Shown here one piece after another: positions 13,635-26,100 of a stretch of DNA of 64,000 bases (the first letter of the stretch is position 1; every line of letters begins with the position of its first letter). The DNA comes from Phallusia mammillata (taxonomy: Eukaryota), in contig OZ281497.1 of NCBI GenBank assembly GCA_965637545.1, positions 28,954,001 to 29,018,000 of the forward strand. The letters run 5' to 3'. The position numbers were made by a program, and so were the translations under genes. The notes below the pieces were generated by a model. That model ran no database searches and was not told the origin of the DNA. It saw only the letters and a program-made list of their open reading frames with translations.

Positions 13635-14361
13635 ATATTTAGGAACAAAGAACTCAATTCAACTACAACAGCTCCGAGCGAGTGAAATTTTTTTGTAATA
13701 CTGTTATACCTTTCGAGCTGTTCTTGGGCATCATCAAGTTACAGAAAAACGAATAGCATTTGATATTAAAACAATGTCACACATTACTGACAACGCTACG
13801 TCAATTGCATTGCTTACCTTTGCCAATTTTTTTCTGAAAAATCCCGTTCGTTTTCAAAGCTTAATCTTAAGGCGCTTTCATTCAGCACAAAACTTTGTTC
13901 GTAGCCATAACTTTTGAAAATATAAGAAGTTACAGGCATAATTGCTAATCCTGCTTTTCCTAAAAAACAGTGATTTAATTTTAGTCATTTTGTGACTCAA
14001 CAAAAAAAACACAATGTAAACGAAATAAAAGGTTACCTTTCAGCAAAAATTTGCTTTAAAGGGCAAAGTGGTAGATGAGTTTAAGCGCAAACTGCCTTGT
14101 ACAATGTGTTGGATTGCAATATCATTGCGGCCATGTTTAATTAAATCAAAAAACAAACGGCATTTTGTTACGGAATAGCGCCGAAACTAATCTAAGTAAA
14201 CTGCGCCTAACGAGGGAGAAATTTAATTGTAGGCAGTTGATTTTCATTCGACTAAGATATTTTTATTTTATCATAATAAGTTATGTTTAACGGCATAAGC
14301 AGTATGATGTTTAGGTCTAAACAATACACGGTCCCCTTACATTAGTTTTTATTTTATTGAT

Positions 14362-14436
14362 TTTTTTATTTCACGGGGTTCGAACCAAGGACATTCCCGG
14401 AGGCGAATTCCGATCAGTTTTTTTATGTCTGTATAC
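14362..14436 (-). mobile_element. 5'-truncated copy of the tRNA-derived SINE
   Basis: Retains the B box and tail portion of the 46229-46336 element. Confidence 0.65.
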
Positions 14437-16649
14437 AGTAGCGTTGCGTTTAAAGTCGCATTAGTACCATCAAGCGGAACAACTTGCACTCAAATGAGCA
14501 CAGCTAGTGATGGACAACGCGGACGTCAAACGCGTTTAGGCGCATCCTGCAGCAATTTATACTACACTGCTTTACATTCATAAATATAATAAAATAATCT
14601 AGAATATTTTTGTGTACTAAATGCATGTGTTGCGCTGTTTTTTAGTTGGTGTGACTTGCCAAAACAGCACAGCGATTTCCTCTTATTAAGACAATATGGA
14701 CAAATGGTAGCGCTGGAAGGTTCAACAACAAGACGAGCACAAGTATGTACTACTTTAGTTAAGACAACAGACCAGAAATCAACAGTGAAGTTGACCCTTA
14801 CGCAACAATCAATGCGATCAGTGAAGTTCTGTAAATACAGCTTCGAAATCAATACATATCATCAAATCATGTTAGCAACTAAGACTTGAAGCAACATCCT
14901 TACCGGAAAAGTACAGTTATTTACAAAAACAATACGTCGTCTGACAACGACGTTATCCATGATCCAGAAATGCACAAATTACACATTGGACGCCCGGCAA
15001 CAGTTCAGTACAAATTTCCTATCCGTTACGAAAGAAACAAATATATATGGAACAAATATGGACTATTATTAAAGAATGCAGCCTCTACAACATACAGTCA
15101 CTAATAAACACGAGGCAGTCACACTTACAAGAAGTGACTTCAATAAAATAATGCCAAGGTTGTGACATCATAAGCACCAATTGTGTGATATGTAATGTCA
15201 CAAGCATATGCGCCGAGTGAGTGGTGGCGGGGTGGCGCCGCCACCTTGGGTTTGCAAAGCACGGTGGCGGCCACTGTGGATATTTTTGATTGCTTGTAGC
15301 GGTTTAGCACGAAATATCGTAAAAACTAATACGATTTAGATTTTAAATAAGTGTGCGGGCTAAAAAGCAACAAAACGTGGCTTAAAACTGTAACCTGTTT
15401 TGGTTAGTGCTTTTTTTATGACGTCCAACAAACAATTGTCTGCCAGTGAATGTTTATATTATTGTGTACACTTGGATTGAGCTGTAATAAATAGTTATTT
15501 TAGGTGATACAAAGCAATAACAACGTGACTAAACACTTTTGCATATTGCCAAACCATTTTAACCGGTACAGTGTGTTCTAAAATAAATAACGTTATTTTT
15601 TTGAAAATTTTGACAAACAGTCTATGGGGAGTTTTTGGGGCTTTTAGTTTAAGTTCTTGCAGTTTCACGCATTTATGACGTCACATAAAATGACGTCACA
15701 CTTTACGTCCGCCACCTTACATTTTTGTAAAACTCGGCGCCTATGGTCACAAGGTTGCACAACAATTGCGTGAGGGCTACTTGCGGGATACATGGCATAG
15801 AAAACATAAAAAATAGTACAATTACAACGTGTCTCAAGTTAAAAAAGAAATTGGTTAAAAAAGAGCTGAATACGAACTTCATAATGCGGAATAAATAAGA
15901 ATAAGCACGTTTTTTTTCTATAAACACGGAAAAACTGTACGAATTGTATACACTTGACAAAAAAGATAGTTGAAACAATGAAATGTAGAAACATAGCTTT
16001 CCTGGAAAATATTGTACAAATATTTTGGTACATGCTTTTTTTCTTTTTTGTAGAGAACTCTCTCCGCCTCAACAAAGTGACTACCGACCAAAATCAACGA
16101 TAGCTATTCTCCTTTTATAGGTAACGAAATATTGAATAATGCGAAAAGAGGAGAAAAAATTAGGTACACAAAGTACGATTCTTAGTTTTGCTGAAAATTG
16201 CCACCGATGTAGAATAAAACGTTTCGACAAAAACAATTCTTATCATTAGTGAAAATATAATTTACAAGCGGAAACATGCGTGCTTAGATACACAGAAAGG
16301 TGAGAAGAAAAGGTTCAATCAACTACGTCACTCTTATAAAAGGTTGAACAATTCTTAGTATACTCAGAAACAAAAATACAAGCCAATATTTGCTTTCATC
16401 GGTAACTTTGTGTCACCCCCTTAGTCATAACACTCGGGTAATTTTAATTACCTGACGATGGCAACAGCATATGCCGAACGTTTTTTAAGTTTTATAAGGA
16501 AATATTGACTTGTATTATCATCCTAAGTACACATAGGGTTTGGGTTTAACCAAAATATTTTGCATACATTATTTTTGTAAGCTAATAGTAGTTTACGAAT
16601 CAACAGCCAAGTATTTTTTTCAAAAAATTGACCATCATGCATTTGCATA

Positions 16650-17194
16650 TTACATGGAAGTTGTCTCTTTTGCAGGATAGTATTTTAGACGATCAGGAAT
16701 TTCTTCATCCTTAAAAACCTCATACAAACGAACAAGGAGTTGGGGCACAGGTTCGAGAAAAGCAACTCCAAACTTCTCCCAACCATATTCTGGATTATAA
16801 CCAAACTCCCCCATTTCTTTTTGAGTAAGGTTGTGATGACTTTTCTGTAATGTTTATTAGCCAATAACAGAACTTTTACAGAAACATAGCAATGGGGGAT
16901 TGTGTGTTTAATTAAAAAATTAGCTTTTAAAAAAACTCATTTGATTGCAAGCGTAAGTCGTGTATTTAAAATAATAGCTACCTTGTTTCTAATAACTTTA
17001 AGAAAGTCTACGACAGTTTCACATTTCGTCACTTTGTGTTTTTTGTCGGAAAGAACTGATTCCGGTAAAAGCTTTACGGAAATTTGAAATTTTTCTTCGC
17101 TGTCGGGATTGTCCTGTAATAACTTGACTGGATATTCCTCTATTTGTGCTATGAGCTTGGATGTTGGGTCCTTCTCAAAAAATCCATACGCATC
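16650..17194 (-). CDS. KEN (kinase-extension nuclease) endoribonuclease domain, exons 16982-17194 and 16650-16844
   Basis: Follows HPAFWKTEDKLNFLR directly. Translates ...ETVVDFLKVIRNK|KSHHNLT...FLEPVPQLLVRLYEVF..., matching IRE1 SVRDLLRAMRNKKHHY / FPHLL and RNase L TVGDLLKFIRNLGEH. Stop TAA at 16650-16652. Confidence 0.88.
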
Positions 17195-20100
17195 CTAAAA
17201 TGTTTAAAATATTGGTATTCGTGTAGCCTACTTGTTTATTATATCATTTAATTTAACCAAAATACACGATGGCCGCTTTACATTGGTAAATTTACTAAAG
17301 TCTAATATATAAATTTATTAAAGTCTAATAGTGTAAATTGGGAGGTTTTAACACAACAACACCCTATTTTTTGTCCTGAGTGCGACCAAGTACAACTAAC
17401 AAATTCAAACCAAGATAGACAATTACGTCATTAGTGTAAACAAAATTAAAAAAATATGTACATTAACCTAGATCAATCCGGAAACGATTAGATAAAAAAA
17501 TTATCCGGTTTATCCGATGTTGTTTTTTAAGTCCTACGTTATCTATACAGTGGTTGTACAAATCAGTACAAATCACCTTATATGGGATCAGTAACTACAC
17601 AATATTATCTCAATAAAAAAAAATCCATTGATATATTGTAACGCATGTTGGCATTGAGTATATAAAACACGGGCCCCAACACGCGGCCCGCGGGCCAGAT
17701 GTGGCCCTCGAGGCAATTTTCCATGGCCCGTGGCGTCATTAGCAAATAAAAAAATGTTAATATCTTGTCAAAGATGACCCAAGTTACTTTTGTTTTACTC
17801 ACTCGTCGAGTGTTCAAAAAGGAAAATTGTTAAAACTTTAACTCACACCGATATGTCTACGTTAAAAATTACAAATTTATTTTACATATACATGTATTAT
17901 TATTGTGACAAAATAATTCAAACTTAGTCCGATAACTCTCATGATGAAATTATTATTATGATGAAATAATGCGAACTTAGTCTGATCACAGCGTAAAGTT
18001 AAAAATTCGTTTAGTTTCTTGTGTTTATGGCATAGACTTAGCGAAGGAATAAGGAACGTTTACGTTTCTGAAGGCCAACCAACATTTCTTGACACTTGTG
18101 TAGGCTGCATGGACTATTTCAGAAGCATAAGACAGTCGTTTCCAAACCATTTCATTACATAACAGACGTTTTGTAATTTGCCCGAGCTGGACTAGCAGTC
18201 CAAGATAAAAAAGAAATCAAATGCTTCCATTCATTGTCACGTGTCATGACATAAAAAGCATAGAACAACACGCAAATAAGATTGTAAAGCCATGAGCTCA
18301 TGGAGGTCAGCGAAAATAGCGTATTTAATCACTAAGAAACCGAGTACTCTAGTTTGGAAAGAGCTGACATAGAGTTATACTTTTATAGTAATGTAACTAC
18401 ATATTTTTGTGCGATTGGTGTAGCGCAGAGTAGTTCGAAAATTGCTCCGGGACAATTTTTGTGTTTGAGACCCCTGACCTAAAACATCTGCGACGAACCG
18501 CACAATTGACTGTTACGCCAAACGTGCGATTTTAATGGCGATCAATTAATCGAGTGTTTACGCTATGTAATGTTATAAACAGTGGAAAGCAATGAAGCGT
18601 AACAAGTAGACAACAGTAAACATTTATATTTTAGCATTTTACTGCAGCATGGTTTGATGCATAAAATTGCTATTTAAGCGTAAAACAATCCGGATTAGGA
18701 GATGTGGAAAGAACAATTTTCCAGGCTAGGCAAAGATCCGGGTAAAATATTCAGGTTAAACCGAAAGGTTTAGTTAAGAAAACATTACAAATCATCTGCA
18801 CCTAAAGTTTTTTTTTTCCGAATAGGGCAAAGATAACCCCAAAAAGCTGTATAGCAGCACGGCGGTATTTGCGTATAGTCTTAGGCTATCAGAACATGCG
18901 CGTCACGGAAATGTAGTTATTGTAAAAACACATATTAGGGAATGTAAGGGTAATCATTTGCCCCTCTATACCAAAACTTTATAGCACAATTTACAAGTAC
19001 TACAGCTACGATTAAGTGCATGGTTGGGAGTGAGCTATGAACAATATGGTTATCGATAAAAACGTTCTCAAATATAAAAACTGTAAAGACGCATTAAATT
19101 TGACACAAGATTTTTCCAGTAAAGCACAAATTCTTACTCGAAGAAAATTCAGTTTGTCCTCAGTTTTCCAAAATGCAGGATGTTTTGCCACCATTTGAAT
19201 TGTTGGACGTGAGTCGACTTTTAATTGCAGCATTGATTCTATCAAGCTGCTCATAGTAATGTGATGTTCGTTTTTTCTGTCTGAAACATTAAATGCACAA
19301 TAAGTTAAGGTTTATTACTTCACTTATCACTTCTCAAATGGAAATGACGCAACACAAGCGGTTTAATTTTACCTGACAGATTTATTGCACATCAAGTAAT
19401 ATGAATTGTTTGCTTTTCGATATCAAAAATTATTGTAATACACAGCGCGTAAATATGCATAAACAGAAACGATATTTCAATTAGGCATAGAATGTGCCAA
19501 TTATTAATATTTATCGTCGGTAACAGCAGTTTGTTAACTGTCTAAAAAACTTAAAAAATAACAATATTACGATTCTATACACATGCTATGGGTATCCATA
19601 ATAGGGGGATTTCGCTTAATAATTCATTCACAACTTTACTATAGCTTACTTTTTAGAGGCTGAAGGTTGGAAGGGTTGCCTTCTGTCATGTTGTACCGTT
19701 GTTTATTTTTATCACCAAAGGGATGGTCACCTTCACTCAGAACGAAGTAAAAAAACAAACCAAGGACGTAAATATCAGATTCTTCATTCTACGTCAAAAA
19801 TATTATTTGTTTGTTTATTTGCAACTCGTGAAAGTATTACTGCCCAATTGACTACTTGTCAGCGCGTTCATGCAGTGACCTTTTCCTTAAGCTGACATGT
19901 TTATGAACCTGTGAATCAATTCTCTGTGCAGCTTGGTACAGCATTTGAGGCAAACTGTCCTCGTTTGAGCATAAATTTAGCAAAAAGCGTTACCACAATT
20001 CTAACAGGTCAACCAAAAACCGCTATGACTTAGTCTCCAATCAAATAACAATTTGGGCTCTTGGGGACCAACAGGCTTATAAACACAAAAAAATGAAAAT

Positions 20101-23100
20101 TACCAAATTATGCTATGCATGCAAAAACTTGTAAAGGGTTACATAGATCTTACAAAGTCTCCATCATAATTTTCAGGTGCCACAAAGTTTTCCGCACCGG
20201 CTTTACCATCAAAAAGTGATTTTCCTGTATCCAATTCGCGGCAAAACCCAAAATCACCAACTTTGACGTTTCCATCGAATGATATCAAAAAATTATGAGG
20301 TTTTAAGTCTCGATGTACTGAAACACCAAACAGTGCATAACACTAAGAATTGTTGTAAGCTTATTACCAAAACAGCAACCAAACTTACAGTTTAAAGATC
20401 TCTCAAGCCAATAAACAAGGAAAAAAACAAAATAAAATTAAAAAGGTTTGACATGAAGTTCATTAACACATACGCACAAGCGGATGTTCACAACACGCTG
20501 CAAATCCTTTTTTTGTCGAATTGTCAAATCAGTTTATTATTTTATAACATCACTACCGGGTTTTTAATGAATACCTATAGTATTTTGGTTGTATGAGTTT
20601 TTTTTTGACATTTCCACCGGTTTTAAAAACCTGTTGATATAATATATTCAAAACATAATTTATGATCACATATAAGTTTTTATCAGTTTTGTATTTGATT
20701 AAGTAGACTAAAACGTAACAATAGATTTTAAATAACTCACCAAAACCTTTTTCGTGTATGAACATGACTCCTTTTACAGCATCCACCAAAATCTTTTGTT
20801 TATCAATAAATATGCATTCTTCCTTATTGGCAAAGTTCTTTTTATCATTGAAATACTACAAATATTAAAGAATGGCTTTTAAAGTTGAACTTTCTTTGCA
20901 TATCAGAATTTGACATGCTACGCAGTACATGTTGACTAGTTTAAATATATATGATCTAAACATGCCACCTTAAACGCATATAAACATTCAGCAAATTTGC
21001 TGCAATATTGTCGTTGTTTTGCGATTTTTAAAAATAGTGAAAATTTATATACATACATCATAGACAGACGTGCGACACATCTCCATCACAATGTTTGCTG
21101 TTGTTTCTTTAATACATATGCCGTAGTAGCGGACAATGTTTTCATGATTCAATTTGGACATAGTTTTTGCTTCCAACACAGCATCATTAATATGGTACAT
21201 GGAATTATCTAGTTCTTTCATAACTAACTGCTGTTCATCTTTAACTCCTTTGCACCTGTAATTAAAAAGATCAAGTCTGTAAAAATTATTTAGTATGCTA
21301 GGTTTTAGTGCAGCAACATTTACTTGTATATTCGTGATCCTGGTGTTCCTTTGGCAATGAGTGCACCCTTTTCGTACTTCACACAAAAATGCGGAGTATT
21401 CGTATCTGCGCAAAATCTGTTTGCTATGTATTTCATTTATTATTGAACACGATGTTTCATATTTAGCAAAACATTTTTATGATATGATTACAGGTATGTT
21501 AAAGGAGGATGAATAGGCTGAATCAGAAACAAACCTGCTTCTAATTTTTCCTGCTTGTTGCTCTGGATAAAAAAAACATTAATGAGAAATAAAATTAAAG
21601 TGTAACAAAAAACACCACTTGCAAGCTTCAGATATTATTTAAAAAAGCGTAACAGATTATGTTTTTTGTACAACATACCACGTATATTTGTGTGTGGTTG
21701 TATATGATCCATGGATCTGACTTCAAAGTTGATTCATCAAGTTTTGGTATTCCTTCTAAATAAATAACACGAATGTCGCAAAACTAACAAGACCATTTTT
21801 TGGCAAAATCACACGGCCTAAGGTTTCCATAGCGTTAAGGTGTAAAACAGGGGTTCTTAACCAGGGGTGCACGCACCCCCAAGGGGTGCGAGAACTGTTC
21901 CTAGGGTGTGCGGGGATGCTGAATCAGTAAGGTTGGTTAGGTCTATTCTATTTAAACGATTGCAGAAGGGGGAGCCAAAATTGGTTGGTGATTTGAAAGG
22001 GGGTGCGAAAATTGGTTGGTGATTTGAAAGGGGTGCAGCAAGGAAAAAAGGTTAAGAACCACTGGTATAAAAGAACAAATCGATGAAAATTCATTTGATG
22101 TGGTTGGTGTGAGAAGCAGAGTTTCGCAACCAAATAGAGGATTAAACCAGCAAAGTAACTAAGCAAAGTGCATTTGACAGACTACTTTGTAACAACTTCC
22201 AAAGGATGTAGACATGTACATTGGGCCAAATGTACATCAAAATGCACTAGTTGTATTTGGCAGCATGAAAGTGCTGTGCTTCTTTATAATTTTATAAGTA
22301 TACCAAATAAGCTTAGATGAATATCATTAGTGCGAACATTTTTCCACCTGCAGAGCGTTGAAAAGCCTGTGCATAGTGGCTTTAATTGATTCGAAAAAAA
22401 TGATATGTTTGTATTTGAAAAAAAAATTACACCAAGAAGAAAGGAAAAAAACTCAGCTTATGTTTATTTTAAAGCCGTTGTTTGTATTTTTACGATTGGT
22501 TAATTTACAGACAGCTGTTTGGAGTTGATTTCGGGGCTTTGTTAGTGTGTTGCGGCGATCTCCCTAAGGGGCCCGTGAGATAGTTTCAGGGGGTCTATGA
22601 GGGTTGATTAAACTGCTACCCAAAAAAGTATAATAACGTATTATGCAAGAAACGAAAAACATAGAAAGACTTACGGAAAATTGCGTTGGGGGTCCGCAGA
22701 CCCATAAAATGTATACAAGGGATCCGTGACCCAACTGGTTTACAATTTGATATGTGTTCAGGTGAATTGGGCTAGAAAGTGTGAGGCGGAATGTTTACCT
22801 TCACTTGCATGAATATACTGCTGTTTCAGTCATTTTAGCTTTACCATTACTGATGACAGCAGTTATTTGTCAATGCAACAACTGCTGTAAAAGCACTCTA
22901 ACTTTGGAAGTTGGGGCTTGCTGACCGATATTTTGACTTTATGTGGCCCTCAACTGCATTCACATTTGTCGTATGATTGGGCGATTTAACCAAATCAATG
23001 GACAACATATATGTGAGAATCAGTGCAATTAACATTGGGAATGCTTGGAATTGTGTTTTTTTTGCTACCTTCTATTAATTGGGTTTCAAAATTTTACTTG

Positions 23101-26100
23101 TTGTTGTGTAATGATACATAATAAACATCCCATGTACAAAGACTTAAATTTAATATGGGTGTAGCTATTTGGTAAACACTGAAATAAGTTATGGCGTCAT
23201 GAGCTAATTAGTAACGTAATTGAAAAAACAGACATCAAGTTTTGTAGGGAATTGTTTGTAAAACAACTTGGAACTAACAATTATCACGTAAACATGATTA
23301 AACCACAGTTTTATGAAAAAGTATAAATAAAATGACGTCATTTTGTAAGTGATGACGTCGTCGAATATTTTTTGTCTTTAATTTGTGGAAAATTTTATAC
23401 CTAACAACTTTCCCACAGAAAGTTTTTGCCAATCTATTACCGATTTTGCTTGAAACAAGATACATATATTTCGCCTACACAGACATCGTCAGTTTCCAAA
23501 CCACTGCAAACAACGTAGGTTGAATAATAGAGATCAGAGGTTAAAGCAAAACATAAAATAGTAAACAGCTAAAACAAGTAGGAATAAAACCTAACACTTC
23601 ACATTAGATTTTTATTAAAGCTGACTCTGCCTGTGTAGGTATAACATAACTTTTGATTGTTACAAATTCGTGTTTATTGTTTTTGATTTAAAAGATTGCT
23701 TCTTTATTACTCAAATAAATAACCCATTTACTGCAGTAAGTTTAGTTTGCAATCAAATTACGTTTACCTATCATATCGGTGAACGATCCAGAAATACGAG
23801 GATCCGTAGCAACTGGCTTTGACTTTGTATGTGGCAGAAACATCTGCATTTGTTTCGATGAGGAAGTTATAACAGGGTGCCTGGGTGGGGGCGTTTTGTT
23901 ATCGCAAGAATTTTGGGGAGCTAATGGAGACGAGCAGTGCGCTTGTTCAGATATTGAGGTACGTTGTTGTGATAAAGGCTGTTGACTTTGTTCACTCTCT
24001 TTTCTGGAATCTGTAACAATTCTTGGTCTGCAAAATATAAAGCATGCAATTCAATTGTTTTAAGGTTGATAAATCCATGCAATTTCAAGATGTAAAAAAA
24101 ACTTTCAGCACCTCGAAAACCAACGGAACTTTTGTGAAAGTGTAGACAAAAAACGGTTCGTTGCAGAAGGCTTTACATTTGTTTGTTGCTGAGTTGGTGC
24201 AGTCTTGGAAGGGATTGGGTTTTGTTTGGGAAAGAGGGATCTTACTGGAATATTCGATGAAGTTTGGTTTTGCAAGGCAAGCGGAACAGTAAACTAAAAC
24301 ACACAGTAAGTTGTTCAAGTGTGACAATTTCTTTTCATTTATTGAAAAGTTGGAACAAGTTTTTGTGACGATAAGAATTGTCACTTTGTGACATTTGTTG
24401 TCAAAACGCTGGAGAGATATTTGTTATATTACCGGTTTGTTAAGATTTTCCACTCCAACGCACTCCGAGGTTTTTACTCCCAGTTTTTCGACGTCTTCAC
24501 TGCCGATATCACATCCCTCCAGTATAAGTGTCTCAATGTTTAAAGTACCACGCGCCAGTAATGGTATTCCCCTGTGGCCGATCTTGTTGTAGGAGAGATC
24601 GAGTTTTTTCAGCTGATTTTAATGGAACAAATAACATAACATTTAACATAGTCAACAATCCAACAAACTTAATTTTATTGCATATATTTAAACGAAAATA
24701 ACACATGTTGTGTTATTTAATACTTTTCATAAATGTAGCATATAAGTTAATAAAAGTTGGGTGAGAAATTTATTCGAATTTGAGAACACGGATTGTTGTA
24801 CAATCCGTATGAGGTTTAGCTTGAGTTAACAGTGCACGCGGATTTCTTATAACGTTTGGCCACATATATCAAGCAATTCATAACTCTGCGGTGTTTTCCA
24901 AATGTCTCCAATCAGTTAACGTATCATTCAGTTAAAAAACTTCATATTACCGGTGCCACTCTGTGTTGAATCACGAAGAGAAGATTCTCGAAGTCAACTG
25001 GAAGGAGAGATGATTCTCTAAGGTCGAGCTCATCAGGAAGTAAGGAGGCCACAGTTGAAGCAATCTCCGGATCATTTGACTCACGAGCCCAGCTGCAAAC
25101 TCGCATGATTTCATTTTTATTGTTGACCGTGGGTTTGGAATGAATGAATTTTGAAAGCAATAATTTCTTTTGCTCCCAATCCGGATGAGAGCTTTCAGGA
25201 ACAAGTGGCTCGAGTTGATGAAAAACCGAAGAATCGCAAATCCCGAAAACAAACTTGGATACAACTTCCCATCTGTCGTCTGCAAGTTGTTCGAGGACTC
25301 TCTCAAACTGGTCAAGGGACATAACTATCATCAGGTAGAAACCAACAAAAAACTCCTGCCAGATGAGATGAGAGAAATATCGAACTTTGTGACCATCCAA
25401 TATGGTCAGCTTGAGATTCCCATGCTTTGTAACTGACGTGTATGTAAATGCATCAGCTGTGCATTCCTTTATACCTGCTTTTACGAATGCCTTTGCCTTG
25501 AACGCAATCTCCATCTTTAGAAATGCATCATAGGCCAATTTTGCCAGTTTGTCCAACTCACCTTCCTGGCCCCTCATATGATTGGTTGTGAGATATTGAC
25601 CACAAGTGAAAGCAAGGACTCGAGTGAGTGAAACAAACTGAATATCTCCATCGTAATTCATCATGTAGCATACAGTCAATATAAAATTGACAGGAACATA
25701 GCAATAAGCAAATACTTCGCGGTTTTGCTCCAGCTTTTGTTTTATATCGTTGTATTTGTCTCCACATATCTGACGTCCAAGTTCCTCTTGTGATGGTGGA
25801 GTCAATCCAAGTATTTGAACAATAAACCTCGGTCGATATGAAGGATGGAGCTTGTACAGTTGAGTTGGTCGTGACGTGAAAATCTTTCGAGCACGTGGAA
25901 GCAAGTTTCCTCCCGCCAAATGTTTTAGGTAGTTTTCCGCTCTGGACTTTGAATGTTGTAGGGGTTGGGCAACTTGTGTGGAAAATGATTTAAAAGCTGC
26001 TTCGTCAAAACCGTCAAAAATAATTACAACATTTGGATCATTGCAAATGGAATTGATAACGCTTTTTTCTTGTTCCGAGGAGCAAACTTGTTCAATCGAC

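Noticed and set aside
15670-15700. Tandem TGACGTCA (CRE) sites, also scattered elsewhere
   Set aside because: The motif is frequent across the window, including inside repeats, and is not tied to a mapped promoter.
16650-21755. Calling the kinase-KEN a canonical IRE1 (ERN1) or RNase L ortholog
   Set aside because: No signal peptide, luminal domain or TM exon and no ankyrin repeats upstream; the phase-compatible upstream exons are NLR exons. No gene symbol assigned.
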